A program made the position numbers and the translations under genes. A stretch of DNA of 64,000 nt, from NCBI RefSeq assembly GCF_009914755.1, contig NC_060933.1; one strand, given 5' to 3'. Each line of letters starts with the position of its first letter. Position 1 is the stretch's first letter. This document shows, one piece after another, positions 14,701 to 29,262 of this stretch. The notes beneath the pieces are model-generated. The model was given only the letters and a program-made list of their open reading frames with translations. It had not been told where the DNA came from and searched no databases. Origin of the DNA: the human T2T-CHM13v2.0 reference genome, Homo sapiens.

Positions 14701-16417
14701 TTTCCATTCCATTCCATTCCATTGCAATCGAGTTGATTCCATTGCTTTGCATTCCATTCCATTCCATTCCATTCCGGATGTTTCCATTCCATTGCATTCC
14801 ATTCCATTCCATTCCCCTGCACTCGGGTTGATTCCATTCCATTCCACTCCATTCCGTTCCATTCCATTCCATTGCATTGTATTCGGGTTAATTCCATTCC
14901 ATTCAATTCCATTCCATTCCAGTCCATTCCATTACAATCGAGTTGATTCCATTCCATTCCATTCCATTCCAGTCCTTTCCATTCCATTCCACTCGGGTTG
15001 ATTCCATTCTATTAGTTTCCATTCCATTCCAATCCCTTCCATTCCACTCTGGTTGATTCCATTCCTTTCCATTCCACTCGAATACATTCCCTCCTATTCC
15101 ACTCGGAACGATTCCATTCCATTCCATTCCATTCCATTCCATTCCATTCCATTCCATTTCTTTCCATTGCATTCTATTCCGTGTCCTTCCATTCCATTCC
15201 ATTCCATTCCATTCCCCTGCAGTCGGGTTGTTTCCATTCCATTCCATTCCATTCCATTCCATTCCATTCCATTCCGATCCGTTCCATTCCATTCCATTCC
15301 ATTCTATTCGGGTTAATTCCATTCCATTCCATTCCATTCCATTCCATTCCATTCCATTCCAATCGAGTTGATTCCATTCCATTCCATTCCATTCCATTCC
15401 ACTACATTCCAGTCCTTTCCATTCCATTCCACTCGGGTTGATTCCAATGTATTCCTTTCCATTCCATTCCATTCCATTGCAATCGAGTTGATTCCATTGC
15501 TTTGCATTCCATTCCATTCCTTTCCATTCCGGATGATTCCATTCCATTGCATTCCATTCCATTCCATTCCTCTCCATTCCATTGCACTCGGGTTGATTCC
15601 ATTCCATTCCGTTCCATTCCATTCCATTCCATTACATTACATTACATTCCATTCCGTTCCTTTCTACTCGGGTTGATTCCATTCCATTGCATTCCATTCC
15701 ATTCCATTACATTACATTCCATTCCCTTCCATTCCATTCCGTTCCATTCCATTACATTCGGATTGATTCAATTCAACTCCCTTACTCTCCATTACATTCC
15801 ATTCCATTCAGGTTGTTCCATTCCATTCCATTACATTCCACTCCATTCCATTGCGCTCCGGTTGATTCCATTCCATTCCATTCCATTCCATTCCATTCCA
15901 TTCCATTCCGGATGATTCCATTCCATTGCATTCCGTCCCATTACATTCCCTTGCACTCGGGTTGATTCCATTCCATTCCATTCCATTCCATTCGATTCCA
16001 TTCCATTCCAATTCTTTCCATTCCATTCTATTCCGTACCATTCCATTCCATTCCATACAATTCCATTCCATTCCATTCCACTCCGTTCCGTTCCTTTCCG
16101 TTCTGTTCCGTTCCATTCCATTCCATTCCATTCTATTCGGTTTAATTCCATTCCATTCCATTCCATTCCATTCCATTCTATTCCATTCCATTGCAATCGA
16201 GTTGAATCCATTGCATTCCATTCCATTCCATTCCATTCCATTCCATTCCATTCCGGAAGATTCCATTCCATTGCATTCCATTCCATTCCATTCCATTCCA
16301 TTCCATTCCATTCCATTCCATTCCATTGTACTCGGGTTGATTCCATTCCATTGCATTCCATTCCATTCCATTCCATTCCGGAAGATTCCATTCCATTGCA
16401 TTCCATTCCATTCCATT

Positions 16418-16597
16418 CCCCTTCACTCGCGTTGATTCCATTCCATTCCATTCTATTCCATTCCATTCCCTTCCTTTCCGTTCCATTCCATTCCATTCCA
16501 TTCCATTCCCCTGCACTCGCGTTGATTCCATTCCATTCCATTCTATTCCATTCCATTCCCTTCCTTTCCGTTCCATTCCATTCCATTCCATTCCGTT
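16418..16597 (+). repeat. 90 bp tandem duplication (2 copies)
   Basis: CT(T/G)CACTCGCGTTGATTCC...TTCTATTCC...CCCTTCCTTTCCG starts at 16421 and 16511. Confidence 0.85.
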
Positions 16598-17889
16598 CCG
16601 TTCCATTCCATTCCATTCCATTCTATTCTGGTTAATTCCATTCCATTCCATTCGATTGCAATCGAGTTGATTCCATTCCATTCCATTCCATTCCATTCCA
16701 TTCCATTCCATTCCATTCCTTTCCTTTCCATTACGGATGATTCCATTCCATTGCATTCCATTCCATTCCATTCCCCTGTACTCGGGTTGATTCCATTCTA
16801 TTCCATTCCAATCCATGCCATTCCACTCGTGTTGATTCCATTCTTTCCATTCCATTCAAGTTGAATCCATTCCATTGCATTCCATTCCATTCGATTCCAT
16901 TCGATTGCACTCGGTTTGATTCCATTCCATTGCATTCCATTCCATTCCATTCCATTCCATTCCGTTCCATTCCATTCCATTACATTCGGATTGATTCTAT
17001 TCAATTCCCTTACACTCCATTACATTCCATTCCATTCGGGTAGTTTCCATTCCATTCCATTCCATTCCTCTCCATTCCATTGCACTCGGGTTGATTCCAT
17101 TCCATTGCATTCCATTCGATACCATTCAATTCCATTCCGTTCCATTCCATTCCATTACATTCGGATTGATTCTATTCAACTCCCTTACACTCCATTACAT
17201 TCGATTCCATTCGGGTTGTTCCATTCCATTCCATTCCATTCCTCTCCATTCCATTGCACTCGGGTTGATTCCATTCCATTCCATTCCATTCCGGAAGATT
17301 CCATTCCATTGCATTCCATTAAATTCCATTCCCCTGTACTCGCGTTGATTCCATTCCATTCCATTCCATTCCTTTGCGTTCCATTGCATTCCATTGCATT
17401 CCATTCCCCTGCACTCAGGTTGATTCCATTCCATTCCATTCCATTCCATTCCATTCTATTCGCGTTAATTCCATTCCACTCCATTCCATTACATTCCATT
17501 GCAATCGACTTGATTCCATTCCATTCCATTCCATTCCATTCCATTCCATTCCATTCCCTTCCATTCCACTCTGGTTGATTCCATTCCTTTCCATTCTACT
17601 CGATTGCATTCCCTTCTATTCCACTCGGATTGATTCCATTCCATTCCGTTCCATTCCATTCCATTTCGTTCCATTCCATTCTATTCCATTCCATTCCATT
17701 CCATTCCTTTCCATTCCATTCCATTCCGTTCCATTCCATTCCATTCCATTCCATTTCTTTGCATTCCATTCTATTCCATACCATTCCATTCCATTCCGTT
17801 CCATGCCATTCCACTCGGGTTGATTCCATTGCTTTCCATTCCATTTGGGTTGAATCCATTCCATTCCATTCCATTCCATTCCATTCCAT

Positions 17890-20800
17890 TCCGTTCCATT
17901 CCATTCCATTACATTCGTATTGATTGTATTCAATTCCCTTACACTCCATTACATTCCATTCCATTCGGGTTGTTTCCATTCCATTCCATTCCATTCCACT
18001 CCATTCCATTGCAGTCGGGTTGATTCCATTCCATTCCATTCCATTCCCTTCCATTCCATTTCGTTCCATTCCATTCTATTCCATACCATTCCATTCCATT
18101 CCTTTCCATTCCATTCCATTCCATTCCATTCCCTGCCATTCCACTCGGGTTGATTCCTTTCCATTCCATTCCATTCGGGTTGAAACCATTCCATTCCATT
18201 CAATTCCATTCCATTTCGGATGATTGCATTCCATTGCCTTCCATTCAATTGCATTCCCCTGCACCCGGGTTGATTCCATTCAATTCCATTCCATTCCATT
18301 CCGTTCCATTCCATTCCATACCATTCCATTCCATTCCATTCCATTCTATTTGGGTTAATTCCATTCCATTCCATTCCATTCCATTCAGTTTCATTGCAAT
18401 CGGGTTGATTCCATTCCGTTCCATTCCATTGCATTCCATTCCATTCCATTCCATTCCATTCCATTCCATTCCATTCCATTCAACTCGGGTTGATTCCATT
18501 CCTTTCCATTCCATTCGGGGTGAAGCCTTTCCATTCCATTCCATTCCTTTCGATTCCATTCCATTGCACTCGGGTTGATCCCATTCCTTTGCATTCCATT
18601 CCATTCCATTCCATTCCATTCCATTCCGTTCCATTCAATTCCATTACATTCGGATTGATTCTATTCAATTCCCTTACAATCCATCACATTCCTTTCCATT
18701 CGGGTTGTTTCCATTCCTTTCCATTCCATTCAATTCCATTTCATTCCATTCCATTCCGTATGATTCCATTCCATTGCATTCTATTCCATTCCATTCCCCT
18801 GCACTCTGGTGGATTCCATTCTATTCCATTCCATTCCATTCCATTCCATTCCATTCCATTCCATTGAAATCGAGTTGATTCCATTCCATTCCATTCCATT
18901 CAATTCCATTCCATTCCATTCTATTCGGGTTAATTCCATTCCATTCCATTCCATTCCCTTCCATTCCATTCCATTCTATTCCATTCCATTCCATTCTATT
19001 AGGGTTAATTCCATTCCATTCCATTCCATTCCATTCCATTCCATTCCATTCCATTCCTTTGCAATCGAGTTTATTCCATTCCATTCCATTCCATTCCATT
19101 CCTTTCAATTCCATTGAACTCGGGTTGATTCCATTCCATTCCATGCCATTCCATTTCATTCCAATCCATTGCCTTCCATTCCATTCCATTCCTCTGCACT
19201 CGGGTTGATTCCATTCCTTTCCATTCCATTCGATTCCATTCCATGCCATTCCACTCGGGTTGATTCCATTACTTTCCATTCCATTCGAGTTGAATCCATT
19301 CCATTCGATTCCATTCCATTCGATTCCATTCCATTGCTCACGGGTTCATTCCATTCCATTCCATTCCATTCCATTCTATTCCATTTCATTCCATTTCGTT
19401 CCATTCCATTCTCTTCCGTACCATTCCATTCCATTCCATTCCACTCCATTCCATGCCATTCCACTCGGGTTTATTCCATTCCTTTCCATTCCATTCGGGT
19501 TGAATTCATTCCATTCCATTCCATTCCATTCCATTCCATTCTATTCCATTGCACTCGGGTTGATTCCATTCCATTCCATTCCATTCCACTCCATTCCATT
19601 GCACTCGGGTTGATTCCATTCCTTTCCATTCCATTCCAGTTGAACCCATTCCATTCTATTCCATTCCATTCCATTCCATTCCATTCCATTCCTTTGCACA
19701 CGGGTTCATTCCATTCCATTCCATTCCATTCCATTCCATTCCATTCCATTCCATTCCATTCCATTTCGTTCCATTCCATTCTATTCCTTACCATTCCATT
19801 CCATTCCATTCCCTTCCATGCCATTTCACTCGGGTTTATTCCATTCCTTTCCATTCCATTCGGGTTGAATCCATTCCATTCCATTCCATTCCATTCCATT
19901 CCATTCCATTCCATTGAACTCGGGTTGATTCCATTCCATTCCATGCCATTCCATTTCATTCCATTCCATTCCATTCCGTTCCATTCCATTCCATTCCTTT
20001 CCGTTCAATTCCATTACATTCGGATTGATTCTTTTTAATTCCCTTACACTCCATTACATTCCATTCCATTCGGGTAGTTTCCATTCCATTCCATTCCATT
20101 CCTCTGTATTCTATTGCACTCGGGTTGATTGATTCCATTCCATTGCATTCCATTCCATTCAGGATGATTCCATTCCATTGCATTCCATTCCATTCCATTC
20201 CCCTGCACTCGTGTTGATTCCATTCCTTTCCATTCCATTCCATTCCGTTCCATTCCATTCCATTACATTCGTACTGATTGTACTCAATTCCCTTACACTC
20301 CATTACATTCCATTCCATTCGGGTTGTTTCCATTCCATTACATTCCATTCTACTCCATTCCATTGCACTCAGGTTGATTCCATTCCATTCCATTCCATTC
20401 CATTCCATTCCATTTCGTTCCATTCCATTCTATTCCGTACCATTCCATTCCATTCCATTCCATTCCATGCCATTCCACTCAGGTTTATTACATTCCTTTC
20501 CATTCCATTCGGGTTGACTCCATTCCATTCCATTCCATTCCATTCCATTCCATTCCATTCCTTTGCACTCGGGTTGATTCCATTCCATTCCCTGCCATTC
20601 CATTTCATTCCATTCCATTCCATTCCATTCCATTCCATTCCATTCCATTCCGTTCCATTCCATTCCATTACATTCGGATTGATTGTATTCAATTCCCTTA
20701 CACTCCATTACATTCCATTCCATTCGGGTTGTTTCCGTTCCATTACATTCCATTCCACTCCATTCCATTGCACTCAGGTTGATTCCATTCCATTCCATTC

Positions 20801-23800
20801 CATTCCATTCCATTCCATTCCATTTCGTTCCATTCCATTCTATTCCGTACCATTCCATTCCATTCCATTCCATTCCATTCCATGCCATTCCACTCGGGTT
20901 GATTCCATTCCTTTCCATTCCATTCGGGTTGAATCCATTCCATTCCATTCCATTGCATTCCGTTCCATTCCATTCCCCTGCAATCGGGTGGATTCCATTC
21001 TATTCCATTCCATTCCATTCATTCCATTCCATTCCATTCCATTTCGTTCCATTCCATTCTATTCCCTACCTTTCCATTCCATTCCATTCCATTCCATTCC
21101 ATTCCATGCCATGCCATTCCACTCGAGTTGATTCCATTCCTTTCCATTCCATTCTAGTTGAATCCATTCCATTGCATTCCATTCCATTCGATTCCATTCA
21201 ATTGCACACGGGTTCATTCCATTCCATTCCATTCCATTCCATTCCATTCCATTCCATTTCGTTCCATTCCATTCTATTCCGTACCATTCCCTTCCATTCC
21301 ATTCCATTCCACTCCATTCCATGCCATTCCACTCGGGTTTATTCCATTCCTTTCCATTCCATTCGGGTTGAATCCATTCTATTCGGGTTGAATCCATTCC
21401 ATTCCATTCCATTCCATTCCATTCCATTCCATGCCATTCCACTCGGGTTGATTCCATTCCTTTCCATTCCATTCGAGTTGAACCCATTCCATTCCATTCC
21501 ATTCCATTCCATTCCATTCCATTCCATTCCATTGCTCACGGGTTCATTCCATCCAATTCCATTCCATTCCATTCCATTCCATTCCATTTCGTTCCATTCC
21601 ATTCTACTCCGTACCATTGCATTCCATTCCATTCCCTTCCATGCCATTTCACTCGGGTTTATTCCTTTCCTTTCCATTCTATTCGGGTTGAATCCATTCC
21701 ATTCCATTCCATTGCATTCCATTCCATTCCATTCCCCTGCAATCGGGTGGATTCCATTCTATTCCATTCCATTCCATTCCATTCCGTTCCATTCCATTCC
21801 ATTACATTCGTATTGATTGTATTCAATTCCCTTACACTCCATTACATTCCATTCCATTCGGGTTGTTTCCATTCCATTCCATTCCATTCCACTCCATTCC
21901 ATTGCAGTCGGGTTGATTCCATTCCATTCCATTCCATTCCCTTCCATTCCATTTCGTTCCATTCCATTCTATTCCATACCATTCCATTCCATTCCATTCC
22001 ATTCCATTCCATTCCATTCCATGCCATTCCACTCGGGTTGATTCCTTTCCATTCCATTCCATTCGGGTTGAAACCATTCCATTCCATTCAATTCCATTCC
22101 ATTTCGGATGATTGCATTCCATTGCCTTCCATTCAATTGCATTCCCCTGCACCCGGGTTGATTCCATTCAATTCCATTCCATTCCATTCCGTTCCATTCC
22201 ATTCCATACCATTCCATTCCATTCCATTCCATTCTATTTGGGTTAATTCCATTCCATTCCATTCCATTCCATTCAGTTTCATTGCAATCGGGTTGATTCC
22301 ATTCCGTTCCATTCCATTGCATTCCATTCCATTCCATTCCATTCCATTCCATTCCATTCCATTCCATTCAACTCGGGTTGATTCCATTCCTTTCCATTCC
22401 ATTCGGGGTGAAGCCTTTCCATTCCATTCCTTTCCTTTCGATTCCATTCCATTGCACTCGGGTTGATCCCATTCCTTTGCATTCCATTCCATTCCATTCC
22501 ATTCCGTTCCATTCAATTCCATTACATTCGGATTGATTCTATTCAATTCCCTTACAATCCATCACATTCCTTTCCATTCGGGTTGTTTCCATTCCTTTCC
22601 ATTCCATTCAATTCCATTCCATTCCATTCCATTCCGTATGATTCCATTCCATTGCATTCTATTCCATTCCATTCCCCTGCACTCGGGTGGATTCCATTCT
22701 ATTCCATTCCATTCCATTCCATTCCATTCCATTCCATTCCATTGAAATCGAGTTGATTCCATTCCATTCCATTCCATTCAATTCCATTCCATTCCATTCT
22801 ATTCGGGTTAATTCCATTCCATTCCATTCCATTCCCTTCCATTCCATTCCATTCTATTCCATTCCATTCCATTCTATTAGGGTTAATTCCATTCCATTCC
22901 ATTCCATTCCATTCCATTCCATTCCATTCCTTTGCAATCGAGTTTATTCCATTCCATTCCATTCCATTCAATTCCATTGAACTCGGGTTGATTCCATTCC
23001 ATTCCATGCCATTCCATTTCATTCCAATCCATTGCCTTCCATTCCATTCCATTCCTCTGCACTCGGGTTGATTCCATTCCTTTCCATTCCATTCGATTCC
23101 ATTCCATGCCATTCCACTCGGGTTGATTCCATTTCTTTCCATTCCATTCGAGTTGAATCCATTCCATTCGATTCCATTCCATTCGATTCCATTCCATTGC
23201 TCACGGGTTCATTCCATTCCATTCCATTCCATTCCATTCTATTCCATTTCATTCCATTTCGTTCCATTCCATTCTCTTCCGTACCATTCCATTCCATTCC
23301 ATTGCACTCCATTCCATGCCATTCCACTCGGGTTTATTCCATTCCTTTCCATTCCATTCGGGTTGAATTCATTCCATTCCATTCCATTCCATTCTATTCC
23401 ATTGCACTCGGGTTGATTTCATTCCATTCCATTCCATTCCACTCCATTCCATTGCACTCGGGTTGATTCCATTCCTTTCCATTCCATTCCAGTTGAACCC
23501 ATTCCATTCTATTCCATTCCATTCCATTCCATTCCATTCCTTTGCACACGGGTCCATTCCATTCCATTCCATTCCATTCCATTCCATTCCATTCCATTTC
23601 GTTCCATTCCATTCTATTCCTTACCATTCCATTCCATTCCATTCCCTTCCATGCCATTTCACTCGGGTTTATTCCATTCCTTTCCATTCCATTCGGGTTG
23701 AATCCATTCCATTCCATTCCATTCCATTCCATTCCATTCCATTCCATTGAACTCGGGTTGATTCCATTCCATTCCATGCCATTCCATTTCATTCCATTCC

Positions 23801-26800
23801 ATTCCATTCCGTTCCATTCCATTCCATTCCTTTCCGTTCAATTCCATTACATTCGGATTGATTCTTTTTAATTCCCTTACACTCCATTACATTCCATTCC
23901 ATTCGGGTAGTTTCCATTCCATTCCATTCCATTCCTCTGTATTCTATTGCACTCGGGTTGATTGATTCCATTCCATTGCATTCCATTCCATTCAGGATGA
24001 TTCCATTCCATTGCATTCCATTCCATTCCATTCCCCTGCACTCGTGTTGATTCCATTCCTTTCCATTCCATTCCATTCCGTTCCATTCCATTCCATTACA
24101 TTCGTACTGATTGTACTCAATTCCCTTACACTCCATTACATTCCATTCCATTCGGGTTGTTTCCATTCCATTACATTCCATTCTACTCCATTCCATTGCA
24201 CTCAGGTTGATTCCATTCCATTCCATTCCATTCCATTCCATTTCGTTCCATTCCATTCTATTCCGTGCCATTCCATTCCATTCCATTCCATTCCATGCCA
24301 TTCCACTCAGGTTTATTACATTCCTTTCCATTCCATTCGGGTTGACTCCATTCCATTCCATTCCATTCCATTCCATTCCATTCCATTCCATTCCTTTGCA
24401 CTCGGGTTGATTCCATTCCATTCCCTGCCATTCCATTTCATTCCATTCCATTCCATTCCATTCCATTCCATTCCATTCCATTACATTCGGATTGATTGTA
24501 TTCAATTCCCTTACACTCCATTACATTCCATTCCATTCGGGTTGTTTCCGTTCCATTACATTCCATTCCACTCCATTCCATTGCACTCAGGTTGATTCCA
24601 TTCCATTCCATTCCATTCCATTCCATTCCATTTCGTTCCATTCCATTCTATTCCGTACCATTCCATTCCATTCCATTCCATTCCATTCCATTCCATGCCA
24701 TTCCACTCGGGTTGATTCCATTCCTTTCCATTCCATTCGGGTTGAATCCATTCCATTCCATTCCATTGCATTCCGTTCCATTCCATTCCCCTGCAATCGG
24801 GTGGATTCCATTCTATTCCATTCCATTCCATTCATTCCATTCCATTCCATTCCATTTCGTTCCATTCCATTCTATTCCCTACCTTTCCATTCCATTCCAT
24901 TCCATTCCATTCCATTCCATTCCATGCCATGCCATTCCACTCGAGTTGATTCCATTCCTTTCCATTCCATTCTAGTTGAATCCATTCCATTGCATTCCAT
25001 TCCATTCGATTCCATTCAATTGCACACGGGTTCATTCCATTCCATTCCATTCCATTCCATTCCATTCCATTCCATTCCATTTCGTTCCATTCCATTCTAT
25101 TCCGTACCATTCCCTTCCATTCCATTCCATTCCACTCCATTCCATGCCATTCCACTCGGGTTTATTCCATTCCTTTCCATTCCATTCGGGTTGAATCCAT
25201 TCTATTCGGGTTGAATCCATTCCATTCCATTCCATTCCATTCCATTCCATTCCATGCCATTCCACTCGGGTTGATTCCATTCCTTTCCATTCCATTCGAG
25301 TTGAACCCATTCCATTCCATTCCATTCCATTCCATTCCATTCCATTCCATTCCATTGCTCACGGGTTCATTCCATCCAATTCCATTCCATTCCATTCCAT
25401 TCCATTCCATTTCGTTCCATTCCATTCTACTCCGTACCATTGCATTCCATTCCATTCCCTTCCATGCCATTTCACTCGGGTTTATTCCTTTCCTTTCCAT
25501 TCTATTCGGGTTGAATCCATTCCATTCCATTCCATTGCATTCCATTCCATTCCATTCCCCTGCAATCGGGTGGATTCCATTCTATTCCATTCCATTCCAT
25601 TCCATTCCGTTCCATTCCATTCCATTACATTCGTATTGATTGTATTCAATTCCCTTACACTCCATTACATTCCATTCCATTCGGGTTGTTTCCATTCCAT
25701 TCCATTCCATTCCACTCCATTCCATTGCAGTCGGGTTGATTCCATTCCATTCCATTCCATTCCCTTCCATTCCATTTCGTTCCATTCCATTCTATTCCAT
25801 ACCATTCCATTCCATTCCATTCCATTCCATTCCATTCCATTCCATGCCATTCCACTCGGGTTGATTCCTTTCCATTCCATTCCATTCGGGTTGAAACCAT
25901 TCCATTCCATTCAATTCCATTCCATTTCGGATGATTGCATTCCATTGCCTTCCATTCAATTGCATTCCCCTGCACCCGGGTTGATTCCATTCAATTCCAT
26001 TCCATTCCATTCCGTTCCATTCCATTCCATACCATTCCATTCCATTCCATTCCATTCTATTTGGGTTAATTCCATTCCATTCCATTCCATTCCATTCAGT
26101 TTCATTGCAATCGGGTTGATTCCATTCCGTTCCATTCCATTGCATTCCATTCCATTCCATTCCATTCCATTCCATTCCATTCCATTCCATTCAACTCGGG
26201 TTGATTCCATTCCTTTCCATTCCATTCGGGGTGAAGCCTTTCCATTCCATTCCTTTCCTTTCGATTCCATTCCATTGCACTCGGGTTGATCCCATTCCTT
26301 TGCATTCCATTCCATTCCATTCCATTCCATTCCATTCCATTCCGTTCCATTCAATTCCATTACATTCGGATTGATTCTATTCAATTCCCTTACAATCCAT
26401 CACATTCCTTTCCATTCGGGTTGTTTCCATTCCTTTCCATTCCATTCAATTCCATTCCATTCCATTCCATTCCGTATGATTCCATTCCATTGCATTCTAT
26501 TCCATTCCATTCCCCTGCACTCGGGTGGATTCCATTCTATTCCATTCCATTCCATTCCATTCCATTCCATTCCATTCCATTGAAATCGAGTTGATTCCAT
26601 TCCATTCCATTCCATTCAATTCCATTCCATTCCATTCTATTCGGGTTAATTCCATTCCATTCCATTCCATTCCCTTCCATTCCATTCCATTCTATTCCAT
26701 TCCATTCCATTCTATTAGGGTTAATTCCATTCCATTCCATTCCATTCCATTCCATTCCATTCCATTCCATTCCATTCCTTTGCAATCGAGTTTATTCCAT

Positions 26801-29090
26801 TCCATTCCATTCCATTCCATTCCATTCAATTCCATTGAACTCGGGTTGATTCCATTCCATTCCATGCCATTCCATTTCATTCCAATCCATTGCCTTCCAT
26901 TCCATTCCATTCCTCTGCACTCGGGTTGATTCCATTCCTTTCCATTCCATTCGATTCCATTCCATGCCATTCCACTCGGGTTGATTCCATTTCTTTCCAT
27001 TCCATTCGAGTTGAATCCATTCCATTCGATTCCATTCCATTCGATTCCATTCCATTGCTCACGGGTTCATTCCATTCCATTCCATTCCATTCCATTCTAT
27101 TCCATTTCATTCCATTTCGTTCCATTCCATTCTCTTCCGTACCATTCCATTCCATTCCATTGCACTCCATTCCATGCCATTCCACTCGGGTTTATTCCAT
27201 TCCTTTCCATTCCATTCGGGTTGAATTCATTCCATTCCATTCCATTCCATTCTATTCCATTGCACTCGGGTTGATTCCATTCCATTCCATTCCATTCCAC
27301 TCCATTCCATTGCACTCGGGTTGATTCCATTCCTTTCCATTCCATTCCAGTTGAACCCATTCCATTCTATTCCATTCCATTCCATTCCATTCCATTCCAT
27401 TCCTTTGCACACGGGTTCATTCCATTCCATTCCATTCCATTCCATTCCATTCCATTCCATTTCGTTCCATTCCATTCTATTCCTTACCATTCCATTCCAT
27501 TCCATTCCCTTCCATGCCATTTCACTCGGGTTTATTCCATTCCTTTCCATTCCATTCGGGTTGAATCCATTCCATTCCATTCCATTCCATTCCATTCCAT
27601 TCCATTCCATTCCATTCCATTGAACTCGGGTTGATTCCATTCCATTCCATGCCATTCCATTTCATTCCATTCCATTCCATTCCGTTCCATTCCATTCCAT
27701 TCCTTTCCATTCAATTCCATTACATTCGGATTGATTCTTTTTAATTCCCTTACACTCCATTACATTCCATTCCATTCGGGTAGTTTCCATTCCATTCCAT
27801 TGCATTCCTCTGTATTCTATTGCACTCGGGTTGATTGATTCCATTCCATTGCATTCCATTCCATTCAGGATGATTCCATTCCATTGCATTCCATTCCATT
27901 CCATTCCCCTGCACTCGTGTTGATTCCATTCCTTTCCATTCCATTCCATTCCGTTCCATTCCATTCCATTACATTCGTACTGATTGTACTCAATTCCCTT
28001 ACACTCCATTACATTCCATTCCATTCGGGTTGTTTCCATTCCATTACATTCCATTCTACTCCATTCCATTGCACTCAGGTTGATTCCATTCCATTCCATT
28101 CCATTCCATTCCATTTCGTTCCATTCCATTCTATTCCGTACCATTCCATTCCATTCCATTCCATTCCATGCCATTCCACTCAGGTTTATTACATTCCTTT
28201 CCATTCCATTCGGGTTGACTCCATTCCATTCCATTCCATTCCATTCCATTCCATTCCATTCCTTTGCACTCGGGTTGATTCCATTCCATTCCCTGCCATT
28301 CCATTTCATTCCATTCCATTCCATTCCATTCCATTCCATTCCATTCCGTTCCATTCCATTCCATTACATTCGGATTGATTGTATTCAATTCCCTTACACT
28401 CCATTACATTCCATTCCATTCGGGTTGTTTCCGTTCCATTACATTCCATTCCACTCCATTCCATTGCACTCAGGTTGATTCCATTCCATTCCATTCCATT
28501 CCATTCCATTCCATTCCATTTCGTTCCATTCCATTCTATTCCGTACCATTCCATTCCATTCCATTCCATTCCATTCCATGCCATTCCACTCGGGTTGATT
28601 CCATTCCCTTCCATTCCATTCGGGTTGAATCCATTCCATTCCATTCCATTGCATTCCGTTCCATTCCATTCCCCTGCAATCGGGTGGATTCCATTCTATT
28701 CCATTCCATGCCATTCATTCCATTCCATTCCATTCCATTTCGTTCCATTCCATTCTATTCCCTACCTTTCCATTCCATTCCATTCCATTCCATTCCATTC
28801 CATGCCATGCCATTCCACTCGAGTTGATTCGATTCCTTTCCATTCCATTCTAGTTGAATCCATTCCATTGCATTCCATTCCATTCGATTCCATTCAATTG
28901 CACACGGGTTCATTCCATTCCATTCCATTCCATTCCATTCCATTCCATTCCATTTCGTTCCATTCCATTCCATTCCATTCCATTCCCTTCCATTCCATTC
29001 CATTCCACTCCATTCCATGCCATTCCACTCGGGTTTATTCCATTCCTTTCCATTCCATTCGGGTTGAATCCATTCTATTCGGGTTGAATC
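17890..29090 (+). repeat. ~3.85 kb nested tandem repeat (higher-order unit), ~3 copies, third one incomplete
   Basis: Marker CGTATTGATTGTATTC at 17916, 21809 and 25632 (spacings 3893 and 3823). ORFs 21747..22466 and 25570..26289 are identical. ORFs at 20044, 23877 and 27750 are near-identical (spacings 3833 and 3873). Confidence 0.92.
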
Positions 29091-29262
29091 CAATCCATTC
29101 CATTCCATTCCATTCCATTCCATTCCATTCCATTGCACTAGGTTTGATTCCATTCCGCTGCATTCCATTCCATTCCATTCCGTTCCATTCCATTCCTTTA
29201 CATTCGGATTGATTGTATTCAATTCCCTTACACTCCATTACATTCCATTCCATTCGGGTTGT

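Larger units (their letters stand above)
632..17302. promoter_or_regulatory. Left-arm set of perfect three-unit heat shock element matches (ATTCCGGAAGATTCC), 9 sites; function untested
   Basis: nTTCn-nGAAn-nTTCn 15-mers start at 632, 3997, 4830, 10405, 12548, 13967, 16250, 16375 and 17288, with a one-mismatch copy at 2604. This is a motif match only. Confidence 0.55.
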
